Positions 32,425 through 42,464 of a DNA stretch of 64,000 bases are shown here, one piece after another; the stretch's first letter is position 1, and every line of letters starts with the position of its first letter. A model generated the notes under the pieces. That model was given only the letters and a program-made list of their open reading frames with translations. It ran no database searches and was not told the origin of the DNA. A program made the position numbers and the translations under genes. Origin of the DNA: an uncultured Planctomycetota bacterium (GTDB lineage Bacteria; Planctomycetota; Planctomycetia; Isosphaerales; Isosphaeraceae); NCBI GenBank assembly GCA_963845755.1, contig CAWJTV010000011.1:416001-480000 (forward strand), written 5' to 3'.

Positions 32425-33258
32425 GTGTCGATCAGGATGCGAGTTATGCTTGAGGAGCCGTGTCCGATGTCCGATCGCATCTCGATCTCGGACGGAGCAG
32501 AGGAGTCCGTGCGCTTCGATCGGCCGTCCTGCCTGGTCCTCCACGGTCTGGGTGGCGGGCCATACGAGCTGGACCCTCTGATCGCGGCGCTCCAGGCAGA
32601 AGGACTCGTCGTCCTGGCACCGGTTCTGCCGGGCCACGAAGGACCGGGCCCGTTGATGCCCGCATCTCGCTGGGACGACTGGTACAAGACGGCCGAGATG
32701 GGATTCGATGAGTTGGCTGCTTCAGGTCGGCCGGTGTCCGTCGTCGGTTTCTCGACGGGTGGCACTCTGGCCCTTCGCCTGGCGACTCGCCGACCTGTCG
32801 CGTGTCAGGTGCTGCTGGCCCCGTTCCTTGCGATCCGGTACAGCGGACTGATTCCTCTGCGTCCCGCGTCCTACCTGCGCCATCTCGCGCGAGTCATCGT
32901 CAACCTGCCCCGCCGCGCTCCGGCCGTCCGCGACCGAGAAATGCGACGCTGGGCCGCGCAAGCCGATCGATTCCGGACCTTCAACTTGCACGCGACTCTG
33001 AGCGCCCTGGAGCTGATCGCTGAGGTCGAGCGGGAAGTGCCCGAGATCCGCGTCCCGACCATGATCATCCAGGGCCGCCGGGATACCGTCGTGGAGCCCG
33101 CGAATGCCTCCTGGCTGCACCGGAACCTCGGAGCGACCGAGAAGAAACTCCTCATCATGGATCGATCCGACCACCTCCTGGCGCTCGATCGTGATCGCGA
33201 ACGCGTGATCGCGGAAACATTGGCATTTCTCCAAGAACGGCGCGGACCTTCATCTTGA
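32425..33258 (+). CDS. Alpha/beta hydrolase (carboxylesterase-like)
   Basis: LHGLGG, GFSTGG nucleophile elbow, D..V and SDH. Confidence 0.9.
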   Translation: MSIRMRVMLEEPCPMSDRISISDGAEESVRFDRPSCLVLHGLGGGPYELDPLIAALQAEGLVVLAPVLPGHEGPGPLMPASRWDDWYKTAEMGFDELAASGRPVSVVGFSTGGTLALRLATRRPVACQVLLAPFLAIRYSGLIPLRPASYLRHLARVIVNLPRRAPAVRDREMRRWAAQADRFRTFNLHATLSALELIAEVEREVPEIRVPTMIIQGRRDTVVEPANASWLHRNLGATEKKLLIMDRSDHLLALDRDRERVIAETLAFLQERRGPSS

Positions 33259-33303
33259 ACGAGCCCGCTTTCCTGCGGGATGGATCAACCTCGCGGTCCC
33301 GCC

Positions 33304-33765
33304 TCATGGGACCTTGTAAGATTGGTCACGAACGACAACCGTCTCGGGTGTGAACCGGATTAATGGTACGCCGGTCTCGCCATCGATGTCCTCGCGAAAC
33401 CGCGGGTCCCATCGCGTTTCGTCGGGGCCGAAATACTTCTTGAAGATCGTGCGAGCGACTGCGGTGTCGAACGGGAGCACCTCCGCCCGGCCACGCAACC
33501 CGACGTGCTGGCTGAGCCCTGTCGCCGGATTCCAGTCCACGATGCCGATGGCGCAGCGGGGTTCCCGCTTGAGGTTCTCCGGAAACGATGTGCCGCCGAT
33601 GATCCAGAGAGCCTTGCCATCCCAGTGGAACCAGACCGGCGACTCCCGCGGCCCATGCTCCGAATGGTGAGCCAGATGGGCGTACAACGGCCGCGAGAGG
33701 AACTCGTCGAGGTCGAAGATCTCGCGATCCCCGGCGGACACCTTGCTCTCGACGATCCTCATCAT
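33304..33765 (-). CDS. Pyridoxamine 5'-phosphate oxidase family protein
   Basis: P..SPVWFHW, NL.R.PR and LRGRAE motifs. Confidence 0.85.
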   Translation of the reverse strand: MMRIVESKVSAGDREIFDLDEFLSRPLYAHLAHHSEHGPRESPVWFHWDGKALWIIGGTSFPENLKREPRCAIGIVDWNPATGLSQHVGLRGRAEVLPFDTAVARTIFKKYFGPDETRWDPRFREDIDGETGVPLIRFTPETVVVRDQSYKVP

Positions 33766-33782
33766 GCCTCCTTTCCTTCGAT

Positions 33783-34382
33783 TCAGAGGGTTAAGCCGGA
33801 CTTGCTTCGTGCGATGATCTCTTCGATGACAATCGATTTGGCATCGGCATAATTCTGGACGTACTTCCAATCCTTCTGGGCCAGGGCCAGCTTGGTGCGT
33901 GCATAGAGATCGCGATCGGCGGCGTTGCGGCGCAGCCATTCCCGAAACTTCAACATGCGGTGGATTTCCGGACAGCCGGACGAGAAGACATGAAGGTTGA
34001 TGTCCGTGTCCGGCCCTTTGAGCATCCGGTGCTCGTACCAGTTGGCCTCGCGAATCCGTAGCAAGTAGCCGGCGGCCTCCATGGCCGGAACATACGTCTT
34101 CTCATCCGCCGAGTCGGCTACTACGAGGAGAATATCGATGATCGGTTTCGCAACGAGGCTCGGCACGGACGTCGATCCGACATGCTCGATCTGAAGCGAT
34201 TGGCTCCCGAGCACGGCCCGGATTCTGTCGGCCTCACGCCCAAAGAGCTCCGGCCACTGCGGATCGTAGTCCACAATCCGGATCGGGCAGGTCAATGGCT
34301 TCAGCTCTCCGATGGTGTGGGCGCGGATCTGTCCCTCGGTGAATGGAATGCGGTTATCAAATGGCTGCGCCCCTTTCGACAT
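33783..34382 (-). CDS. GrpB family (UPF0157) nucleotidyltransferase-fold protein
   Basis: YDPQWP, EHVGSTSVP.L.AKPIIDI, NLHVF and Y...K..LA motifs. Confidence 0.92.
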   Translation of the reverse strand: MSKGAQPFDNRIPFTEGQIRAHTIGELKPLTCPIRIVDYDPQWPELFGREADRIRAVLGSQSLQIEHVGSTSVPSLVAKPIIDILLVVADSADEKTYVPAMEAAGYLLRIREANWYEHRMLKGPDTDINLHVFSSGCPEIHRMLKFREWLRRNAADRDLYARTKLALAQKDWKYVQNYADAKSIVIEEIIARSKSGLTL

Positions 34383-34384
34383 GG

Positions 34385-37300
34385 TTACCTCGCCTTCTCC
34401 TCCCACCACCAAAGGCGTGGCAGCGGCTTGGGATCGGTCCAGATCCGATCGAGGGTATCGCCCTCGAACAGCTCGCCGTTCTTCATGACGTAGCGGACGG
34501 AATTCGTGTTCTGGATGTCCGCGAGCGGGTCCTTGGCGAGCACGAGGAGGTCGGCGAGCTTGCCGGTCTCGATGCTGCCAAGGTCCTGGGCGTAGCCAAT
34601 GGCCTCGGCACCGTGCAGGGTGGCGGCGCGGAGGACTTCCAGCGGCTTCCAGCCGCCACTGGCCATCGCCCACATCTCCCAGTGGTAGCCGATGCCCTGC
34701 ATCTCGCCGTGGCTGCCGATGCAGACGTGTCCGCCGGCGCGGGCGACCTTGGCCGCCGAGGCGGCGATCCTCGGGAAGACGTGCTCGTCCTTGTGGAACC
34801 ATTCCGAGCGCCGGACCTTGCCGTCGAGGATGTCGTGCGGGATGAACCGGCGGATCTTCGGGTCGTCGTGGATCGTGGTCGTCGTGAAGAAATAGGTCTC
34901 GCCGAACGGCCCGCCATAGGCGACCAGCAGCGTCGGCGTGTATGAGATCCCGGTCCGCGCGAACAGCTCGACGACATCATTGAAGAGCGGGACCACCGGC
35001 AGGCTGTGCTCGTTGCCGCTGAAGCCGTCGAGGGCGTGCGTCAGGTTCAGCTTGAGGTCGAGGCCGCCCTCGGTAGTCGGCATCACTTCGTTCTTGCGGC
35101 AGGCTTCGATCATCCACTGCCGCTGCTGTCGGTTTCCGATCATGTACGATTTCAGCGTGTTCGTGCGGTAGTACTTCTTGTACTTGGCCACGACCGCTTC
35201 CACGTCCTCGGCCGACTGGAAGTCGGTGTCGGAGAAAACCCCAGGACCGGTCGAAAACGCCCGCGGACCAACCATGTCGCCCATCTCGACGAGGTCCTGA
35301 TAGGCGAACATGTCGTTTGTACTGGTCTGAGGGTCGCGACCGGTCGTCACGCCATAAGCCAGGTTCGCGAAGAACGACCAGTTCTGCATGTCGAGGATCC
35401 CGCGGCGGATCTCGGACCAATGGGCATGGGTGTCAACGAAGCCGGGCACGATGGTCGTCCCCGACACGTCGCGGATCTTCGCGCCCTCGGGCACCTTGAC
35501 CGAGCCCTTGGGACCGACGCCCGCGATTCGATGGTCGGTGACGACGACGTCGCCGCCGTCAATCACCTCATCGCCGCGCATTGTGACGATCTTGGCCCCA
35601 CGGAGCACGATCGTCCCGCTCGGCCGGCGCCTGGGTCGCTCAACGACCACGGCGATTTCTTCGGGTTTGGGCTTCCGCGCCTTCTCCTCGGCCTCGGCCT
35701 TCTCCTTGTCCTGATCCTCGTCCATTTTGAGGGTCGTGAAGACCACGGAATCGAACGACAGGCGGAAGAAGCTGGAGCCGACCGCCCACGTGATCGTCTT
35801 GCCGCCGTCGGTCCAGGCGGCATAATCGGCACCGACGTCGGTGAGCTTCTTGAGCGGAACGGAGGGTTCGTGGACCGAGACCTTGGGTGCCTCGCCACCG
35901 AACCCGGGCAACGCCACGAGGTAGAGCTGATTTGTGACGCGGGCCAGCGCCCAACGTCCGTCGGGTCGGAGCAGGATCTCGTCGGCCGGCTCCGGCTCGC
36001 TGGGTCGGTAGGCCGTCTTGCCGGTGACACTGATATGGGTCCGCCGGTCGGTGCCATCGTATCGCATCGAGACCAGGCCCTGGGGCGTGGTGACGAAGAT
36101 GCGATCGGTCTCCTTCGCGAAGTGGGGGCGGCTGGCGCCCCGGGCGGGACGGATCAGCGTGGTATCGCCCCCCTCGGCCGGGATCCAGACGAGGTCGAGC
36201 CCGGCGGTCGGTCCGAAATCGACCGGGTTCTCGACGTGCTCGCGCCGAGGTGCGCGCAGGGCGACGATCCGCTTGCCGTCGGGAGACCAGACCGGGTCGC
36301 GATAGAACGCAGTGGCTCGCGTGAGCCGCGTGGGCTCGCCAGTGCCGTCTCCGGGCCGCTTCCAGAGATGGCCGCCCTCCGGCGCCCAGCTCACGTATGC
36401 CAGCCACTTCCCATCGGGCGACCAGCTCGGGTGGAACTCGCGTGCGCCCTCGGCCGAGAGTGGTCGCGGTTTCCCCTCAGGCAGGTCGACGACATGGAGC
36501 TGCGTGAGGGCCGAGAACGCCAGATGCTTGCCGTCGGGCGATGGCGACGGCGCCTGGATCAGCGCGCCCGCACCGGGCCGTCGTCCACGCGGAGTGGGAA
36601 ATTCAGCCGCGAGCCCACGGGTTGCGAGACCTTGGTTGAGAAAGGGATCACCGGATCGTCGCCCGTGACGATATCGATTCGATGGATCTTGCCGCCGTAG
36701 GCCGCCAGGACATTCTTCCCATCCGGCGTGAAGGCGTAGCCCGGGATCAGATCCCGGGTGAACCGCGATTCTTGCTCGTCGCGCTGGATTGGCCGTTTCA
36801 GCCATCGTTCCTCGCCGCTGGCCAGATCGCGAATCCGCAGCCCGGTCTCGTTGTCGAGGCGCGTGCCGTAGACCAGCTTCGTCCCATCCGGCGAGAGTAC
36901 GGGGCGAAAGGCGCTGCCCTGCGCCTCGGTGATCGTATCCTCATCGCCGGTAATCCGGTCGCGTCGCGCGACCTGCGAGAGCGGAAAGTCCAAGTTGTTA
37001 TAAGCGTTGAACATCTTGTTCCGCTTGGTGTAATAGAGGTGCTTGCCGTCCTTTGTGGCGACGGCGCCGATGGCGTGCACCCACTCGTCGGGCTTGGCGT
37101 CGGGCTTCGACTTGCTCTTGGTGACCGCAACGCCCGAGCCGCCACGGATATGGTACATCCACAGCTCGAAGGCACCCCAGGGAAGCTGAGGCTGTCGCGA
37201 GACGAGCAGGTAATCGCCGTCGGGCGTCCACGCCGGCGAGGCGAAGAGGCTCTGCTTATCCTTGGTCAGCGGCCGGGGATTCGATCCATCCGCCCCGGCG

Positions 37301-37735
37301 ACCCACAGGTTCTCGGCGCCGTCGCGGTCGCTGACAAATGCGATCATCTTGCCGTCCGGCGAGAAGGTTGGCTGGCTGTCGAACGCCGGATCCCGTGGTG
37401 ATCGCCTTCGCCTCTCCACCAGCGATCGGGAGGGCATACAGGTCGCCCAGTAGCTCGAAAACGATCGTCTTGCCATCGGGCGAGACGTCGAGCGAGACCC
37501 ACGTCCCTTCGTCGGTCGTGAACTCGACGGTCCGGTCCGGTTTCAGCGGCAGGCCCTGAGCCTTCTTCTTCGGCTGGTCCTTCTTCTCCTTCGAATCGGG
37601 CTTCTCCTTGTCCTTCTCCTGTGCGGCCTGCGCCCGCGTCTCATTCGGGGTGCATAGGACAACCGGCAGGACCATCATCCCGGTGAAAATGCCCAGGCAC
37701 GCGATCCGGATCAGGCGCGGGAACATCGGCGTCAT
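34385..37735 (-). CDS. Secreted amidohydrolase with N-terminal TolB-like (PD40) beta-propellers; frameshifts near 37395 and 36570-36620
   Basis: EGTWVSLDVSPDG and SPDG repeats; PGFVDTHAH, GSHG and GSIETGKLADL motifs. Confidence 0.88.
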
Positions 37736-37930
37736 GGGTGTTCCGATCCTCGGAGGTCGAAAGGAGAGAGCACTCGGTGGGCGTCGCAATGTCACCCACA
37801 ACTTTCGACCTATCCTACCGGAACGTCGACGCCATTCCAGGGTCATCAAGTTGGCGGAGATAACGAGCAGCCGGCTCACGTTGGCTCGGCGGCGCCACAT
37901 GGGATGTTACTGGCAGGACTTCACGGTTAC

Positions 37931-38624
37931 TCAGCGGCGGCCTGACGTTCGACGCGGCGGGAAGAATTCGTCGCCGGACTCTGCCTTATACGGCTGGCGG
38001 CGGATTACTTCTGCCGTCCGAACCAAAGCGTTCATGACATACCCCGCCAGGACGACCGACCAGGGACCCTCGCCCGGAATGCCATAAGCTTCACGGACCT
38101 GCGGCCTCTGCAGCAACGTTGCAAGTGCGGGATACTGCCTCGCCAACGACTCCAGAGATACGGAAGGCAGCGTTTCCGGATCCGTCTGAAGCAGGTCGAT
38201 CTCGACCTCGCGATACGCCTCGATCACCATTCCAGCGCAGCTAAATCTGCGACAGATCATTGTCCCGTCCGGCGCCTGTACAGGTCGGACATGGGGGGCG
38301 ATGATGTACTGTTTTCGGCGATCGTTTCGAATCTGCGCTGCTTCGTACTCTGATTCCAGTTCGTCGATGAATACGTCGATCTGCCGGATTTCGTTGACGG
38401 TGAGAGCCGCCGTCCCTGCGCAGTGAATCGAAGAACGCGAAGTTCCCCGTTCCAGGGGGGGCATCATGTGGACCAGCGAAATCTCGTCGGATTCTCCGAA
38501 CGAACTGATCTCCTCACCGGCAAGGCCGACATGGCCGATAAAATCCGGCGTCCCGCTCGAGTCATGTCCAGCGACGTCATATTTGCGGATTGTTACCGGA
38601 GTTCCGCCGAACCGCTGCCGGCAT
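37931..38624 (-). CDS. Putative permuted papain-like (NlpC/P60, YiiX-type) enzyme; likely start ATG 38624 with an early frameshift (ORF 37931..38743)
   Basis: His before Cys: IGHVGLA ... RFSCAGMVIEAY; GAGGA RBS before 38624. Confidence 0.6.
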
Positions 38625-38699
38625 ATCGGATTTCCTCTTTTCACGATCCTCGTCAAGCAGACCAACACTACGAAGCAACGGCGGATCTCCACCTTCAGG

Positions 38700-39869
38700 T
38701 CAGCCGGCTTCCTGTGTCGCCAATGAACCGACCAGCCCTTCAACGGATTCGAAGGAGCTTTCCTTCAGTTCATGGCGGAGACGCATCACACGGCGAGCGA
38801 GCAACTGCCTGAACCAGGGGACTTTGAGTTCCGAGACGATTTGAAGTACTTCCGCGACGTGTCGGCTTCGTAGAAGTATCAGCCCGAGGGTCGCATTGAG
38901 GGCAATCGTCCCATACTTCTCTCTCGCCAGAAGTCGCGGATTCAAATACGTCTTGGCAATCTCCCGAAGTCGATCACCCAACTCCGGCAGGGAGTCGTTC
39001 GGTTCCGGCGGATTGGCCGTGAGCTTGCGCACGATCATCTTGACCAGTTCGAGCTCGACCTCCAGGGGAACCGGCGTCCGCGAACCGGCCTCGAGTAAAT
39101 GGGCCGCATACGCGAGAGCCTCGTCGGCTTGCAATGTCGCGACGCACTTTCCGAATCGCCGCGCCAACTGCCACGATATCGTCCGGGCTGTTGCTCTCGC
39201 GGTAATCGGTGATGAAGCTCGCAGGGCCGCGTTAAGGCGGCCGAGTTGTGTGGGCCCGAAGTCGACGACCTCGGCTTCAATGATCAGTCCAAGCTGGTCC
39301 TGATGGCCCAGGGACCTGTCTTGGAGGCGATGCAGAAGCTCCTCAGACGAAAACACATTGGCATCTTCTTGAGGCTTCGCGAAGGACAACTCTTGCGGTG
39401 GCTGAAGGTCAGTCCGCCTAGAACGGCTTTCCGCGGCATACCGTAAGGACAGAGAGGCTAACGAAGGCCTCCCGCCCCGACGCTGAACTGTCGCTTTCGT
39501 ATGAATATGAAGTGGCTCGCCGGATGGCCATCCCCATTTTCCGCGTCCCCATGCTGGGTAAGATAGCCATTCGCAAACTGCTTGAGCCGCTGGCAAAGGG
39601 CAACCTTTTCTCGTTTCATCATCTTCGGCGTTCCATAGCAAAAAGGCCCCCCCCTGATTAACAACGGTCTGCATGTAGTCCCAGAATTGACCCCGCATTT
39701 CTGACTGAGCGTCGGTCGTTGAGGTTTCCGCCACCTTCTCATACTGACGAAGACCCTGGCTTGTGTTGACGTTGACGATACGCCGGACAAGCGCTGTGCA
39801 ACGCGTCTTCGAGGTACCAACCTGGTCGGGCCGATTCGACGTTGATGGCCCGTGGTCGGATCTCGACAC
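38700..39869 (-). CDS. Hypothetical protein with all-helical C-terminal half; true start may be ATG 40020; internal frameshifts
   Basis: 389-aa ORF with amphipathic Leu-rich helices; alternate-frame segment DDIVAVGAAIRK. Confidence 0.6.
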   Translation of the reverse strand: MSRSDHGPSTSNRPDQVGTSKTRCTALVRRIVNVNTSQGLRQYEKVAETSTTDAQSEMRGQFWDYMQTVVNQGGAFLLWNAEDDETRKGCPLPAAQAVCEWLSYPAWGRGKWGWPSGEPLHIHTKATVQRRGGRPSLASLSLRYAAESRSRRTDLQPPQELSFAKPQEDANVFSSEELLHRLQDRSLGHQDQLGLIIEAEVVDFGPTQLGRLNAALRASSPITARATARTISWQLARRFGKCVATLQADEALAYAAHLLEAGSRTPVPLEVELELVKMIVRKLTANPPEPNDSLPELGDRLREIAKTYLNPRLLAREKYGTIALNATLGLILLRSRHVAEVLQIVSELKVPWFRQLLARRVMRLRHELKESSFESVEGLVGSLATQEAG

Positions 39870-40020
39870 ATTCGTACGACCGTATCCACTCCAGGGAGCT
39901 GGTGGCCCTTACTTAGAGTAGCCGCACGCCAGCGGGCGAAGAAGCGGTGCCTCAAATTTTCGTCGTTCGGCTAGGGGAAGCTAGCCACATTAAATCACTC
40001 ACGGCAGACGTTACTCCCAT

Positions 40021-40729
40021 TCATTCTTCGTGCAACTCAAGAAAGCCATCCGGAATCCATTGGTCGAAGGAGTCTCGCATGATTGTCAGTTTCTGTTGAG
40101 CCTTCTCGACTTTTTCAAGAAGATCCTTCAACACATCAGCAGAGAGTAACAGTTCGATGCATCTGGTTTCCTCCGCCTGGGTTTCGTAGTCCAACTTGAG
40201 CGTCGTCAGAGAGACCAGTCCTTCAACCCGTTGTCTTGCTCGGTCGAACACGGGACGGACATCGCAAATCAGCTCAACCCGCTGGGCTTTGTTGCCTGTC
40301 AGGGTCGCGAGCCTTGGGCCTTCTGAAATCGATCCCAGGCAGGATATTCCCTGATGAGATTCGCCAATTTCTGCTGTATCGTTGCGAGAATCTCCTCTGA
40401 AACACGCTTGAGCGTTCTGTCTGCGTTGGCTCCGCGCCACTCTTGAAGAGAAGCTTAGAACGCAATCGATTCGCCCCGGCGGAATGCTGTGGATCGCGCT
40501 GATCACCGCAGACACCTGTTGCTCCTCGGGCATCACCTCCCGTACAAGGCTTTTCAGTCCCCCTTCGTTCAGGAAGCCGCCGGCTTTTTCCAAGGCGGCG
40601 ACCATGCGATCGATGATTCGCTCGGTATCCCGGCGATCACAAGCAGATCCTCAACCATCTGAGGCGGAACTAGGTGTCCGCCAAGCAGTTCGGTTGGGGA
40701 ACCTGCGAAAAGAAAACGCGGTCTGCCAT
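40021..40729 (-). CDS. Probable prokaryotic COMMD-like protein (helical N-domain plus COMM-like C-domain); frameshifted
   Basis: Reconstructed ...FQKAQRLATLTGNKAQRVELICDVRPVFD...LTTLKLDYET...IELLLSADVLKDLLEKVEKAQQKL; GAGG RBS before ATG 40729. Confidence 0.6.
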
Positions 40730-41045
40730 GGTCAACCTCGTTGGCCGCGGCCGGTTCCCGGGCTCGCCGGGGCCGCACTCGGTAGACTCTTCCTAGATCG
40801 AACTTACACAATCCCTCGCCGTTTCGCCACAGGCAACTCTTGCCCCTCGACGATTCGTCGTGGAATGGATGCCCCGTGCGCAACGCCTCCCGGACGAGTT
40901 GACCCGGCCATTGCCTCCTTATCAACGTTCTTCGGGATACTACGAAGTGAGGGCCGCAGCCGGAGACATGCGTCGCAGGTCACCACGGTCGACCCCACCG
41001 CCCAAATAAAGCATAAAGGCGGGGAAGTCAAGAGCAGTTCACGAC

Positions 41046-41534
41046 TCACGCCTCCTCGGACAGTCCCATCGCCTTGCGCTTCTCCAGGATCTGCGCGAGG
41101 TGATGCGGGACGTGCTCGACCTCGGCCTGGAGCATCTCTTCGAGCGTGATCAGCCCGCGCTCGCTGTGCACGCCGATGCGCGACCAGGCAGCCTCGGGCT
41201 GGGCGCGGAGCGTCCTGGCCATCTGCCGGCGCATGGCTTCCAGGAGGTTCAGCTCCTCTTCCAGGTTCGCGTCGTGGTAAGGAAGCGTAGCCGTGAACCG
41301 GCTCTCGTCGTAGCCGATCAACAGCGGCCGCTCCTCGGCGATGACCCGCTTCATCCGGTGGCACCACGCCTGTTCGCTGTCGACCAGGTGGCAGACCACC
41401 TCGAGCGTGCTCCACTTGCCCGGCACCGGGCGGGCACGCAAGTGTTCGGGGCTGAGGTCCCCAACCGCGCGGCGAAGTCGGGGCAGACTGGCCAGATAGG
41501 CATCGATCTGGTCGCGGTGAGAGGATTGCGGCAT
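41046..41534 (-). CDS. DinB family protein
   Basis: PGKWS..EVVCHL.D.E and H..HHL.QI motifs. Confidence 0.9.
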   Translation of the reverse strand: MPQSSHRDQIDAYLASLPRLRRAVGDLSPEHLRARPVPGKWSTLEVVCHLVDSEQAWCHRMKRVIAEERPLLIGYDESRFTATLPYHDANLEEELNLLEAMRRQMARTLRAQPEAAWSRIGVHSERGLITLEEMLQAEVEHVPHHLAQILEKRKAMGLSEEA

Positions 41535-41784
41535 CGCGAAATTCTCCGAGAAGGGACGTGTCGGTTCGACGGACCCAATTCCACCCGACACGGATCGCTC
41601 TCCAACGGTTCGCGCAGGAGCTCGGTTGGGCGGCTCGGGTATCCGCGCCGGGGATTCCATGGGTTAGACTATCCCCAGAGATGACCGGCAATCAAGCGAC
41701 TCATCGTGTAGGGCAGGGGGGACGCCTGCATCCCAGAGCTCGTCGGCATGACGCCTGGACTGGACCACAAGGACTCAACCTGTC

Positions 41785-42300
41785 GTGTCCGTCGAACTTC
41801 TGATCAGCGAATCCGAGATCCGTGACCGTCTGACGGTGATGGGCCGGCAGATTGAAGACGATTACCGGGGCAAGCCGCTCACGATCGTCGCCGTACTGAC
41901 GGGAAGCCTCATCGCCCTGTCCGACCTGGTCCGCCAGATCCGCAGCCCGCTCCGGATCGCCCTGGTGCAGGCCAGCAGCTACCGAGGCGCGACGACCACC
42001 GCGACTACCCTGATCATCAACGAAGCCTTCGCGCCGGATGTCAACGGCCGCGACGTGCTCCTGCTCGACGACATCCTCGATACCGGCCAGACGCTTTCCG
42101 CCCTGGTCCGGCATATCCGGGATCGCGGCGCCGTGACGGTCCGGACCGCCGTAATCCTCCGCAAGATCGGCAGGCAGGTGGTCCCCATCGAGCCGGACTA
42201 CTGCGGGTTCGTCATCCCGGATGTCTTCGTCGTCGGCTATGGGCTGGATTTCAATGACGAGTATCGCCACTTGCCGTACGTTGGGGTACTCCGACAGTAG
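41785..42300 (+). CDS. hpt: Hypoxanthine phosphoribosyltransferase
   Basis: VLLLDDILDTGQTL and FVVGYGLD..YRHLP motifs. Confidence 0.95.
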   Translation: MSVELLISESEIRDRLTVMGRQIEDDYRGKPLTIVAVLTGSLIALSDLVRQIRSPLRIALVQASSYRGATTTATTLIINEAFAPDVNGRDVLLLDDILDTGQTLSALVRHIRDRGAVTVRTAVILRKIGRQVVPIEPDYCGFVIPDVFVVGYGLDFNDEYRHLPYVGVLRQ

Positions 42301-42464
42301 GAAGTAGGTAGTAGGCAGTTGAATACAAAGAAGGATGACGGAGCACACTCGAGGTCTCTCATGTACTCCTTGCTATCACTCTGGTACAGACGAGGGTTCA
42401 GGGGTGACTGCGGGTCACACTCTCTCTTCGCTACCGACGGCCTACTGCCTACCGCCTACTGCCC
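42295..42464. repeat. Inverted heptamer arrays (NAGTAGG)n and (CTACYGC)n
   Basis: Arrays at 42295-42319 and 42431-42464. Confidence 0.6.
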
